Shown here: positions 1 through 7,657 of the stretch, piece by piece
Position numbering within the stretch: the stretch's first letter is position 1
Layout of the letters: every line of letters begins with the position of its first letter
Origin: an archaeon
Lineage (GTDB): Archaea > Iainarchaeota > Iainarchaeia > Iainarchaeales > 1-14-0-10-31-34
NCBI GenBank assembly: GCA_043819075.1
Contig: JBDRFE010000052.1
Coordinates: forward strand, 1 to 16,336
Length of the DNA stretch: 16,336 nucleotides
Direction of reading: 5' to 3'
Made by a program: the position numbers and the translations under genes
The notes under the pieces: generated by a model
The model's input: the letters and a program-made list of their open reading frames with translations, nothing else
What the model was told of the DNA's origin: nothing
The model's database searches: none

Positions 1-1
1 G

Positions 2-2587
2 GCAGTTACAGCAACAAATTTCACTGACTCAAATGTTGTTTTTGGGACAACATATTATTACATTTTAAAGGCAATGGATTCTGCCGGAAATTTATCAAAT
101 AATTCAAGTCAGGTTTATTCCAGTGCACTGGATTCAACTGCACCGACAACAGACTTTAACGGATTCACAAACAATGCTTGGAGAAAAACCCCTGCAACAG
201 TTTCTTTAAGCTGTTCTGATTCAGGCTCTGGATGCAATAAAACTTTTTACAAAATAAATGACGCAAATTTCTTGCAATATACTGCGCCATTCACTGTAAG
301 CGCACAAGGAACAACAACACTACAATATTATTCAACCGACAATGCAGGAAACACTGAAACAACAAAAACCGCTGTAATAAAAATTGATTCAACTGCGCCA
401 ACAACACCAACAGGATTAACTGCAACAGCAAGCGGGTTAAACCTTGCAATAAGGATAGATTGGAATGCTTCAACTGACATTAACGGCTCTGGCGTAGCAA
501 AATATTATGTTTTCAGAAATTCAGTTTTACTCACAAGCACAGGAGCAACAAATTATTCTGACACAGGATTAACCCATAACACAACATACACTTATTATGT
601 AATTGCAGGAGACAATGCAGACAACAATTCAGCTAAATCAAATGACGCTAATGCAACAGCAATGGATATAACTGGGCCAAGCGTCACAGCAAACAATAAT
701 TCAATCTGGAATAAAGGCACACAAACAATAACAATAACATGCACTGATGACTGCAATTTATTATACTACAAAATAAACGGATCCCAGTTTGAAACAACAA
801 CAAACCCTAAATCAGTTGAAATTTCCTCTGAAGGGGAAAACTCACTTGAATTCTGGGCAAAAGATTCTTACGGCAACGAAGGAACACACATTACCACAAG
901 CGTGAAAATAGATAACACTTCTCCTAACGCGCCTTCACTGAATTCGCCTGGAGCAAGCTCTAACGGAGAAGTAAGCTTGAGCTGGAACGAACCAACAGAC
1001 AGGCCTGGAACAAACTCTGGGGTAAAAGGATACAAGATTTACAGAAAAACCGGTTCTGACAGCTACTCTGCAATAACAACAATTGAAGGAAAAAGCAATT
1101 TAAGCTGGACTGATTCAGGGAGAAGCCAGGGAACAACTTATTATTATAAGGTAACGGCTTTTGACAACTTAAACACTGAATCAGATTTAACCAACAGCAA
1201 CGAACAATCAGTTTCAATGCCATCAGATTCAACTATAACAACTAATTCAGGGGACAGTGTTGCGCCAAGCCTTTCATGGAGTGCACCAAAAGACGGAGAC
1301 ACAATAACAGACATAAATGTAACGCTAAAAGCATATGCTTCAGACACTTCAACATTACAGTTTATCAGCTTTACATTCAAAAAAGAAACTGAAAGCTCTT
1401 ACACTGCAATCACAAGCTTCCAGGACAACCTATTGAACGGCTACAAGACAACTGTATGGAATACAAGCGGATTAGAAAACGGAAAATACAACTTAAAAGT
1501 CCTTGCAAGGGATTCACCCGGAAATGTCAGCACAAAAGTAATAACAGTAACATTAAACAGGGAAAACATTGGAGAAAAACCAGTGGAAGAAAAACCAGAA
1601 GAGCTTGTAATAACAGAAAACATGATCCAAGAAGCAAAAGACAGCAAAACAGAGGCAATGGATTTAATCAGTTACTGGAAAAAATTCAACATAAATTTTT
1701 CTTCTGACACAACAATAAAAGAAGCAAATTCATTGCTTGAAAAAGCTGAAGAAGAAATGAATGCAAACAACTTGTTTGCAAGCATGAAAGACGCAAACAA
1801 CTCAAAAAAATTGTTTGAAGCATTCAGTTCAAATACAAAAATAAAAGTATATAATTCAAGCACAACAGAAAACAAGGAAATAAGCTTGAGCGGAAACCTT
1901 TCAAAAGAAAACACTGAACTCAAAAAAGAACTCAGTGTTTCAAGAGAAATACAGTTCATTGAAGTAACAGACGGAAATAATACATTCTACCAGCAGAACG
2001 TTGTTTTAACAATAAAAAATTCTTCAGATAAAGCAAAAACATTCAAGGCAGTTGAATTAATTCCAAAAGAATTAATTGAAAACACTGACAGCATTAAAAG
2101 CAGTTATGCATTCAGTGTCATAGAAAAAGATCCTGTGATTGAATGGAATATTACACTCAAAGCAGGAGAAGAAAAACAAATAGTTTATTCTTTGGACAAA
2201 AAATTAACCAAAGCAGAAGCAGACAAAATAATTGCATCAGGAAACCTTGAATTATTTGAAGGAAACACTGTGCTTGCAGGGGAAAAAACAAAAATAAACA
2301 GCAATTCATTTAAGGCAGCAACAACTGGATTTATTTCATTAGACAGCATTCTGCCAATTGGCGCAGGAATAATAGTAATAGTGATTTTAATCGGAATTTT
2401 CTTTTTCTTTAAAGGAAGAAATTCCGGCAACGGTTCAGCGAAAAAAAATGAAGCAGGTTCAGACGGATTAATAAGCATTTATTCAGAGAGCCCAAAAAAC
2501 GGAAAAATAACTTTAAGGGAAGAACTAAACAACAATAAAAGAATCACGCCAGGAAAAAACGGAAGATTTTCTTTCAAAGGGGATTAA
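2..2587 (+). CDS. Large cell-surface protein with fibronectin type III / Ig-like repeats and C-terminal membrane anchor (5'-truncated)
   Basis: The frame is open from base 2, so the start lies upstream of the window. Repeated D(S/T)xAP domain boundaries and Fn3-type motifs (W..S.D..GSGV..Y.V.R...Y.D.GL...TTY.Y.V.A.D...N.S). Ser/Thr/Asn-rich with many NxS/T sequons. Hydrophobic helix IGAGIIVIVILIGIFFFF followed by a charged tail. Confidence 0.85.
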   Translation, partial: AVTATNFTDSNVVFGTTYYYILKAMDSAGNLSNNSSQVYSSALDSTAPTTDFNGFTNNAWRKTPATVSLSCSDSGSGCNKTFYKINDANFLQYTAPFTVSAQGTTTLQYYSTDNAGNTETTKTAVIKIDSTAPTTPTGLTATASGLNLAIRIDWNASTDINGSGVAKYYVFRNSVLLTSTGATNYSDTGLTHNTTYTYYVIAGDNADNNSAKSNDANATAMDITGPSVTANNNSIWNKGTQTITITCTDDCNLLYYKINGSQFETTTNPKSVEISSEGENSLEFWAKDSYGNEGTHITTSVKIDNTSPNAPSLNSPGASSNGEVSLSWNEPTDRPGTNSGVKGYKIYRKTGSDSYSAITTIEGKSNLSWTDSGRSQGTTYYYKVTAFDNLNTESDLTNSNEQSVSMPSDSTITTNSGDSVAPSLSWSAPKDGDTITDINVTLKAYASDTSTLQFISFTFKKETESSYTAITSFQDNLLNGYKTTVWNTSGLENGKYNLKVLARDSPGNVSTKVITVTLNRENIGEKPVEEKPEELVITENMIQEAKDSKTEAMDLISYWKKFNINFSSDTTIKEANSLLEKAEEEMNANNLFASMKDANNSKKLFEAFSSNTKIKVYNSSTTENKEISLSGNLSKENTELKKELSVSREIQFIEVTDGNNTFYQQNVVLTIKNSSDKAKTFKAVELIPKELIENTDSIKSSYAFSVIEKDPVIEWNITLKAGEEKQIVYSLDKKLTKAEADKIIASGNLELFEGNTVLAGEKTKINSNSFKAATTGFISLDSILPIGAGIIVIVILIGIFFFFKGRNSGNGSAKKNEAGSDGLISIYSESPKNGKITLREELNNNKRITPGKNGRFSFKGD

Positions 2588-2597
2588 ACCCTTTTCC

Positions 2598-2972
2598 TTA
2601 TTTTTTTTTCAGAAAAGAAACAAAAAACAAGTCAACTGCATTCTTTTTATCTGTTTTTGGCAGAACAAAATAAACTGCATTTGGAACAGCAATCTTTTGA
2701 GTCCTCACCATCCACGAAAACAAGCCTAAAACAATTATTAAAAGAAAAGTTGCAATGCTTGAAGTAAAATTAATCGGAATGCCGAACAACTGGTTTTCAA
2801 TCAAAACAAATAACGGCAGAAAAGAAACTGAAAAAACCATTGAAAAAGTAAGCCTTTCAATTGAATCAATTTCATTTTTGTCAGGAAAAAAGCCTAAAGA
2901 AAGAAAATAGCCCGGCACGGTAACAGTTAAAGCTAATGCAATTAACCCAAGAAATAATTCAATTAAAGGCAT
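2598..2972 (-). CDS. DUF1616-like membrane protein
   Basis: Three hydrophobic segments and the motif PGY..S..FFP...EID.IER...S...S typical of archaeal DUF1616 proteins. The ATG at 2972 (MPLIELF) is preferred over the longer ORF start at 3026. Confidence 0.7.
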   Translation of the reverse strand: MPLIELFLGLIALALTVTVPGYFLSLGFFPDKNEIDSIERLTFSMVFSVSFLPLFVLIENQLFGIPINFTSSIATFLLIIVLGLFSWMVRTQKIAVPNAVYFVLPKTDKKNAVDLFFVSFLKKK

Positions 2973-3072
2973 AACAACATAAATAAAAGAGAAAGAGTTT
3001 TTAAAAGTTATTTCAAAGAAAAACAAAGGTTAAAAAAAGAAAAAGCCATAATATATGATAAAAGTGAGTTGA

Positions 3073-4212
3073 ATGGAAAAAATGATTACTGTTGTAGGCG
3101 CAGGACCGGTTGGCTTAAGGGCTGCAATAGGATTAAAAGAACAGGGCTGGGATGTAACAGTATTAGAAGAACACAAGGAAATAGGAACGCCATGCAATTG
3201 CTCTGGATTATTAAGCGCTTCAGGGCTCAAAAAAACAGGAATCCCTTTCTCTGAAGCTGAAGTAAACAAGTTTTACGGCGCAAAAATTTTTTCTCCGGAC
3301 AAAACAATGTTTACTGTACGAAGAAAAGAGCCTGTTGCATTATTGCTTGACAGGGCTGAATTAGACAAAACACTTGAAAAAAAAGCTTTAAGCAAGGGAA
3401 TTGAAATAAGAAAAGAAACAAGAATGATTGATGCAAGAAAAGACACTGTTTTTGTCCAGCACGAAAAAAGAGGGGAAATGCTGAAAACAAGGTTTGTTGT
3501 TGGAGCAGACGGCGCTTCATCTAAAACAAGAAGGCTTGTAATGCAAAAAATTGACCCAACATCTTTTGTCAGGACAATACAAATTACTGCAAAAGGAAAT
3601 TTTGACAAAGACTTGGTTGAAGTTCATGTAGGAGACTTTTGTAAAGGATTTTTTGCATGGATTATCCCTGAAAGCAGTTCAACTGCAAGAATCGGGTTAG
3701 GGGTTAACGGAACGCTTAACTCAAAAGAAGCATTAAACAAGTTTATCAAAGACATGGATTTAGAAGTATTAAATGAATCATATTTTGTTATTCCAATCGG
3801 AAAACCGGTGAAAGACATCCAAAAAGACAATATTTTTTTGGTTGGAGATGCGGCTTACCAGACAAAAGCAACAACAGGCGGAGGAATAATTACCGGAACG
3901 ATTGCAGCAGATGCTTTGGTTAAAACAATTTCAGATAACCTGAAATACAAGAGGCCTTTAACTGATTACTGGAAAAATTTAAGTTCGTTAAACAAGGAAC
4001 TGGAATTGCACTGGAAAGTAAGAAAGTACTTGAATTCCTTGAACGAAAAACAAGTTAATGCATTGTTCAGGAAAATGAAGAAAGCCGGCATGGAAGAATT
4101 TTTGTCAGAGCACGGGGACATGGATTTTCCTTCAAAGTTTGTAAACAAAATGATGCTGTCGCCAAGCAAATGGGGCCTTCTTCCGACAGGATTAAAGTTT
4201 TTGTTCTCATAA
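3073..4212 (+). CDS. Geranylgeranyl reductase family flavoprotein (DGGGPL reductase-like)
   Basis: Rossmann motif VVGAGPVG, PCNCSG, VVGADG, FAWIIP (YxWxFP-like), LVGDAA..TGGGI. 379 aa. Confidence 0.88.
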   Translation: MEKMITVVGAGPVGLRAAIGLKEQGWDVTVLEEHKEIGTPCNCSGLLSASGLKKTGIPFSEAEVNKFYGAKIFSPDKTMFTVRRKEPVALLLDRAELDKTLEKKALSKGIEIRKETRMIDARKDTVFVQHEKRGEMLKTRFVVGADGASSKTRRLVMQKIDPTSFVRTIQITAKGNFDKDLVEVHVGDFCKGFFAWIIPESSSTARIGLGVNGTLNSKEALNKFIKDMDLEVLNESYFVIPIGKPVKDIQKDNIFLVGDAAYQTKATTGGGIITGTIAADALVKTISDNLKYKRPLTDYWKNLSSLNKELELHWKVRKYLNSLNEKQVNALFRKMKKAGMEEFLSEHGDMDFPSKFVNKMMLSPSKWGLLPTGLKFLFS

Positions 4213-4644
4213 TTTTTTCTGCATTTGGACAAAAGCTGTCTGCTTGTATCCCATTTTCTTCCAGAAATCAAATGCTTTTGCTTTAGTGTGGGCAAACAAG
4301 TCAATCACTGCAATATTTTTTTCTTTTGCTGTTTTCTCCAGTTCCAGAACAAGCTTTTCCCCAACATTTTTCCCCCTAAAAGTCTTGTCTACGTAAAGGT
4401 CTTCAACAAAAAGATGTGTTCCGTCATGCCAGATGTAAGTGGCACAAAAAAGCAATCCAATAATTTTTCCGTTTTCTTCAGCAAAAAAAGCAAAATCTTT
4501 TGCCTTGGAAAAAGAATGCAACAATCTTTTTTCTGCATCTTCTTTATTCCATTTCTCAAAATAAGGAGGTTCTGCCATAACCTCAACAAACAAATCCAAG
4601 CCTTTTTTCACTTCTTCAGGATTTTGAATTTTTTTTATCTGCAT
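4207..4644 (-). CDS. GNAT family N-acetyltransferase
   Basis: Acetyl-CoA motif LYVDKTFRGKNVG, plus AEENGKIIG and A..FW.KMGY. 145 aa. Its 3' end overlaps the convergent reductase gene by 6 bp. Confidence 0.88.
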   Translation of the reverse strand: MQIKKIQNPEEVKKGLDLFVEVMAEPPYFEKWNKEDAEKRLLHSFSKAKDFAFFAEENGKIIGLLFCATYIWHDGTHLFVEDLYVDKTFRGKNVGEKLVLELEKTAKEKNIAVIDLFAHTKAKAFDFWKKMGYKQTAFVQMQKKL

Positions 4645-4700
4645 TTAAATCATTCAGTCTTTGAAATATTAATGCTCTATCGCAGATATGGCGACATATT

Positions 4701-4814
4701 TCGTTTCTCGCGAGCGAAATCGCGGCACAGTTTCGGCTGTGCGGTACGACGCACGACGTAAAGTCGTGCTAGCACGGGTTTATCCCGTGCATCGGCACAC
4801 TCGGACGAAAACGA
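4701..4814 (-). ncRNA. Putative structured element (multibranch, three GCAC...GTGC hairpins) in the tRNA 3' trailer
   Basis: GC-rich patch in AT-rich DNA. 7-bp stems at 4725-4742, 4751-4769 and 4772-4790. 4701-4714 is complementary to 4800-4814 (13 bp, two bulges). Whether it acts as RNA is unproven. Confidence 0.45.
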
Positions 4815-4815
4815 G

Positions 4816-4888
4816 TAGCCCCGAGGAGATTCGAACTCCTGTCATCTGCTCCAGAGGCAGACATCCTTGGCCACTAGACTACGGGGCT
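4816..4888 (-). tRNA. tRNA-Gln (anticodon CUG), intronless, CCA not encoded
   Basis: Reverse complement AGCCCCGTAGTCTAGTGGCCAAGGATGTCTGCCTCTGGAGCAGATGACAGGAGTTCGAATCTCCTCGGGGCTA. Acceptor stem AGCCCCG/CGGGGCT with the archaeal Gln A1-U72 pair, anticodon arm TCTGC-CTCTGGA-GCAGA, T-loop TTCGAAT. Confidence 0.96.
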
Positions 4889-4916
4889 AGCGGAAAAATA
4901 ACTAGGTTCAGAAAAT

Positions 4917-4924
4917 TTAATAAA
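4917..4924 (-). promoter_or_regulatory. Candidate TATA box for tRNA-Gln
   Basis: TTTATTAA on the minus strand, 29-36 nt upstream of the mature tRNA 5' end. Confidence 0.45.
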
Positions 4925-4926
4925 CA

Positions 4927-5059
4927 TATTAATGAGCTATCGAATAAAATGAGATAACTCGATGTATTCAGATGCTAACTGGCTGGGCAGTTATTAATGA
5001 GCTATTGAATAAAATGAAATAGCTCGATATATTCGCACACCAACCGAGCGAGACGGTTG
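4927..5059. repeat. Two tandem ~65-nt units (43-nt conserved core plus a covarying hairpin)
   Basis: 4927-4969 and 4992-5034 match at 39/43 nt. Each is followed by a 6-bp hairpin (TAACTG/CAGTTA; CAACCG/CGGTTG). Confidence 0.85.
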
Positions 5060-5061
5060 AG

Positions 5062-5757
5062 CTATTTGCCAAATCTTCTCTGCCTTTCATAATAGTCAGA
5101 GAAAGCCTTGCTCATTTCTTCTTTAGAGAACTCCGGCCAGAATTTTTCACAAAAATACAGTTCAGAGTAAGAGCTTTGATAGGTTAAGAAACCAGACAAT
5201 CTTTTTGTCCCAGAAGTCCTTATAATTAAGTCAGGGTCAATAAAATCAGAGTACAGGAATTTCTTGAAAGATTTTTCATCCAAAGAATCCAGGTCAAGGT
5301 TTTTTTCGTTAAACTGCAATGCAATTTTTTTTGCTGCGTCAACTATTTCTGCCTGGCCGTTGTATCCTAATGCAAGATTAATTGTTTTTTCTTTGTTGTC
5401 TTGGGTTGCCTGCTCTGCTTTCAGAATTTTTTCCCTTGTTTTTTCTGGGAAAGACTCAATTCTTCCAATAAACTTGAGTTTTATTCCGTTAGTGGAAAAA
5501 AATTCAGAGCTGACTACCCTGTCAAGTTCTCTTTCAAAGATTGACAAAAGGATTCTCAGTTCAGCCCTGTTTCTTGAAAGGTTTTCCATTGAAAGAGTGT
5601 AAAACGTGCCAACTTTAATTTTAGGGTAATCTTTCAGCCAATCCAGTACTTCCCAAGCCTTTTGGGTTCCTAACTGATAGGATTTAAGGAAATTAATATT
5701 ATTCAGCAAGGCATATCTTCTATTTCCGTCAGGAATGAAAGCTACAGAATTCAACAT
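5062..5757 (-). CDS. uppS: cis-prenyltransferase (undecaprenyl/polyprenyl diphosphate synthase)
   Basis: IPDGNRR, S.EN..R, LALGYNG..EI, DPDLIIRTSG..RLSGFL.YQ..YSEL.F....WP.F and the C-terminal RRFG motif. Confidence 0.93.
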   Translation of the reverse strand: MLNSVAFIPDGNRRYALLNNINFLKSYQLGTQKAWEVLDWLKDYPKIKVGTFYTLSMENLSRNRAELRILLSIFERELDRVVSSEFFSTNGIKLKFIGRIESFPEKTREKILKAEQATQDNKEKTINLALGYNGQAEIVDAAKKIALQFNEKNLDLDSLDEKSFKKFLYSDFIDPDLIIRTSGTKRLSGFLTYQSSYSELYFCEKFWPEFSKEEMSKAFSDYYERQRRFGK

Positions 5758-5880
5758 TAAACCACTTTAATAGTATTTGATTAAGTATTTTAATTGAAAA
5801 ACATTTTAAATGATTATTATTGGTTTTACAAGAATTTAAACCTATCTCTTTATATTATCCAAAAACCAAAATATTGTTTT

Positions 5881-6105
5881 ATGAAGAAATTAGAGGAAAT
5901 AGATGAAAAAAAGACAATGGAAATGATAAAAAAATTTGAAACCATGCTTGTTTCAAGAGAAGAAATGCATAAGCTGAAAGAACAGGTTTCAAAGCTAAAA
6001 GATGTTCCGATGAAAGGAAAAATTTTCACTGAATCAGAGAAAATAAAGCACAGAATAGAGGAAATAAAAGTTCCTACTTTAAAGGCATTGGATGACACTG
6101 ATTGA
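5881..6105 (+). CDS. Small charged hypothetical protein (74 aa)
   Basis: ATG at 5881 (MKKLEEIDEKK...). K/E-rich and helical-looking. Its stop overlaps the TTG start of the DUF192 gene. Confidence 0.6.
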   Translation: MKKLEEIDEKKTMEMIKKFETMLVSREEMHKLKEQVSKLKDVPMKGKIFTESEKIKHRIEEIKVPTLKALDDTD

Positions 6106-6458
6106 AAATGCTTTACAACAAGACAAGCAAAAAAACTGTTATTGAAAAAACACGGATTGCAAAAACTTTTTTTGAAAGGTTTAAAGGCTTAATGTTTTCT
6201 TCAAAACCAGATTATGCATTGATTTTTGAATTAGAAAAAGAAGGGAAAATAAATGCAAGCATTCACATGCTGTTTGTGTTTTATCCGATTGATGTAGTGT
6301 ATTTGGACAGCAGGAAAAAGGTTGTGGACATTAAACTTGGTTTTAAGCCATTTGAACTGAATTATACCCCGAAAAAGCCAGCAAAATACTTCATTGAATT
6401 CCCAACCGGAATAATTGAAAACAAAATTTCCTTAAACGATAAACTGGAATGGCAGTAA
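6102..6458 (+). CDS. DUF192 family protein
   Basis: A.TFFERFKGLMF, IHMLFVFYPIDVVYLD....VVD and AKY.IE.P.G are typical of DUF192. Start is TTG 6102 or ATG 6108. Confidence 0.85.
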   Translation: MKMLYNKTSKKTVIEKTRIAKTFFERFKGLMFSSKPDYALIFELEKEGKINASIHMLFVFYPIDVVYLDSRKKVVDIKLGFKPFELNYTPKKPAKYFIEFPTGIIENKISLNDKLEWQ

Positions 6459-6490
6459 GCTCAACATCGTTAACTTTGAAGCGGAAGTTG

Positions 6491-7543
6491 TTAAGGGATT
6501 TCTTCGGTAAAACATTCGCATTTCAAATCATCCGCCGATATTTTGCCATCGCGAACTAGCAATTTTATTTGCGGGATTTTACTTTGTATTTCCTCAACCG
6601 AAATTTTAGTCATGTCACAGTAAAACCTAAATTTTTCAGTTGGAAAACTTGACAATGCTTTAAAGCACCTACCGCCACAGATTTCATTGATATCACAATT
6701 TAAACAAAAATCTGAACGTGGCAACTGCTTTTGTTGAATACCAGTATTTGTAGCGCCGATTTTAAATTTTTCTTTTAATAGTTCATCACAAGAATAACAA
6801 TTACCATCAGAATCAATCGTTATTAAATAGGTTCCAGCCCCGCACTTGTAGGACTGAGCTGGTTCTTTGCTTAATATGGATAACACAACAGAACAAAACG
6901 GAATAATTTGTAATGCCTTTCCGGCAGTCAGGTTCTTGACCCAAAAATCCGCTAATTTTCTAATCTCTTTTTTATAATTTTCTTTGACTCTCAAATAATC
7001 AACTTTGCTGGGCGAATTTTCTAGTTGCCAGTAAATATAATCAAACACTCCAAGATTTACAAGATGGGTTACAGAGTTGAAAAGGGGGCTCTCAGGAATT
7101 ATAGTCATGCGAGCTAGTAACTTGCCTTTAAATTTTGGTTTAATTTTCTTAATATTATCCAAAACAACATTGTATGTTCCATTTCCACGAAATTTATCAG
7201 TTGTCTTTTGGTCGCCATCAATGGATATATAGATAAAGTTAAGATTCTCTAGAATAAAATCGTCTATTTTGTTTAAAAGTGTTCCGTTAGTTTGCAAAGT
7301 GAAAGTTAAATTATCGACTTTTGATAACTCAATAAATTCTTTAATCCATTTTTGGTTTAAGAGCGGCTCTCCACCATAAAAAACAACATTATTTTTCTTT
7401 TTATCTAAATGATTAAGAACAAATTTTGCGGTTTGTTTAACATCTGGCTCCTCGTTATTTCTAGGAATTTTCATAAAATTGGTTTCAGAACAATATTTAC
7501 AGCTTAGATTACACGCTTTTGTTACAAACACGTAAAATTCCAT
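6491..7543 (-). CDS. Radical SAM enzyme with SPASM domain (resembles TIGR04084/AF0577-type putative peptide maturases)
   Basis: CNLSCKYC (CxxxCxxC), FYGGEPLL, QTNG.LL, SIDG, and C-terminal SPASM cysteines (CGAG...C.SC...C..C....ICGGRC...C) ending in EEIP. The ATG at 7543 is preferred over TTG 7585. Confidence 0.85.
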   Translation of the reverse strand: MEFYVFVTKACNLSCKYCSETNFMKIPRNNEEPDVKQTAKFVLNHLDKKKNNVVFYGGEPLLNQKWIKEFIELSKVDNLTFTLQTNGTLLNKIDDFILENLNFIYISIDGDQKTTDKFRGNGTYNVVLDNIKKIKPKFKGKLLARMTIIPESPLFNSVTHLVNLGVFDYIYWQLENSPSKVDYLRVKENYKKEIRKLADFWVKNLTAGKALQIIPFCSVVLSILSKEPAQSYKCGAGTYLITIDSDGNCYSCDELLKEKFKIGATNTGIQQKQLPRSDFCLNCDINEICGGRCFKALSSFPTEKFRFYCDMTKISVEEIQSKIPQIKLLVRDGKISADDLKCECFTEEIP

Positions 7544-7657
7544 ATTATTGAAAGAATATGAAAGTTCTTTAAAAAGAGATTTCAAAAATTATCTTTTGCA
7601 AACGTAAAAGTAAACTATGTTTCATTTTATTGAAAAGCGGTTTTCTTGGGTTCCATA

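Noticed and set aside
4816..4840. Duplicated tRNA 3' end (att site) marking an integrated element
   Set aside because: No second copy was seen in the window. One could lie outside it.
4688..4957. 89-aa plus-strand ORF
   Set aside because: Runs antisense through the tRNA and the GC-rich hairpins. Composition is atypical and the lack of stops is explained by high GC.
4701..5059. Known self-cleaving ribozyme (hammerhead from GGACGAAA, twister from TAATGAGC, HDV/theta at the tRNA 3' end)
   Set aside because: No CUGANGA core, no twister L4 element and no HDV-type nested pseudoknot could be assembled by eye.
4927..5066. CRISPR mini-array interpretation of the tandem repeats
   Set aside because: Only two full copies with four mismatches, ~22-nt 'spacers' that are structurally homologous to each other, and no cas genes in the window.
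6459..6497. attC-like GCTCAAC (RYYYAAC) after the DUF192 stop, also present after the uppS stop
   Set aside because: The associated hairpins are far shorter than attC sites, lack proper L boxes, and no integron integrase is present.
7627..7656. 9-codon ORF MEPKKTAFQ upstream of the radical SAM gene as a precursor peptide
   Set aside because: Too short, no leader/core character, and expected by chance.
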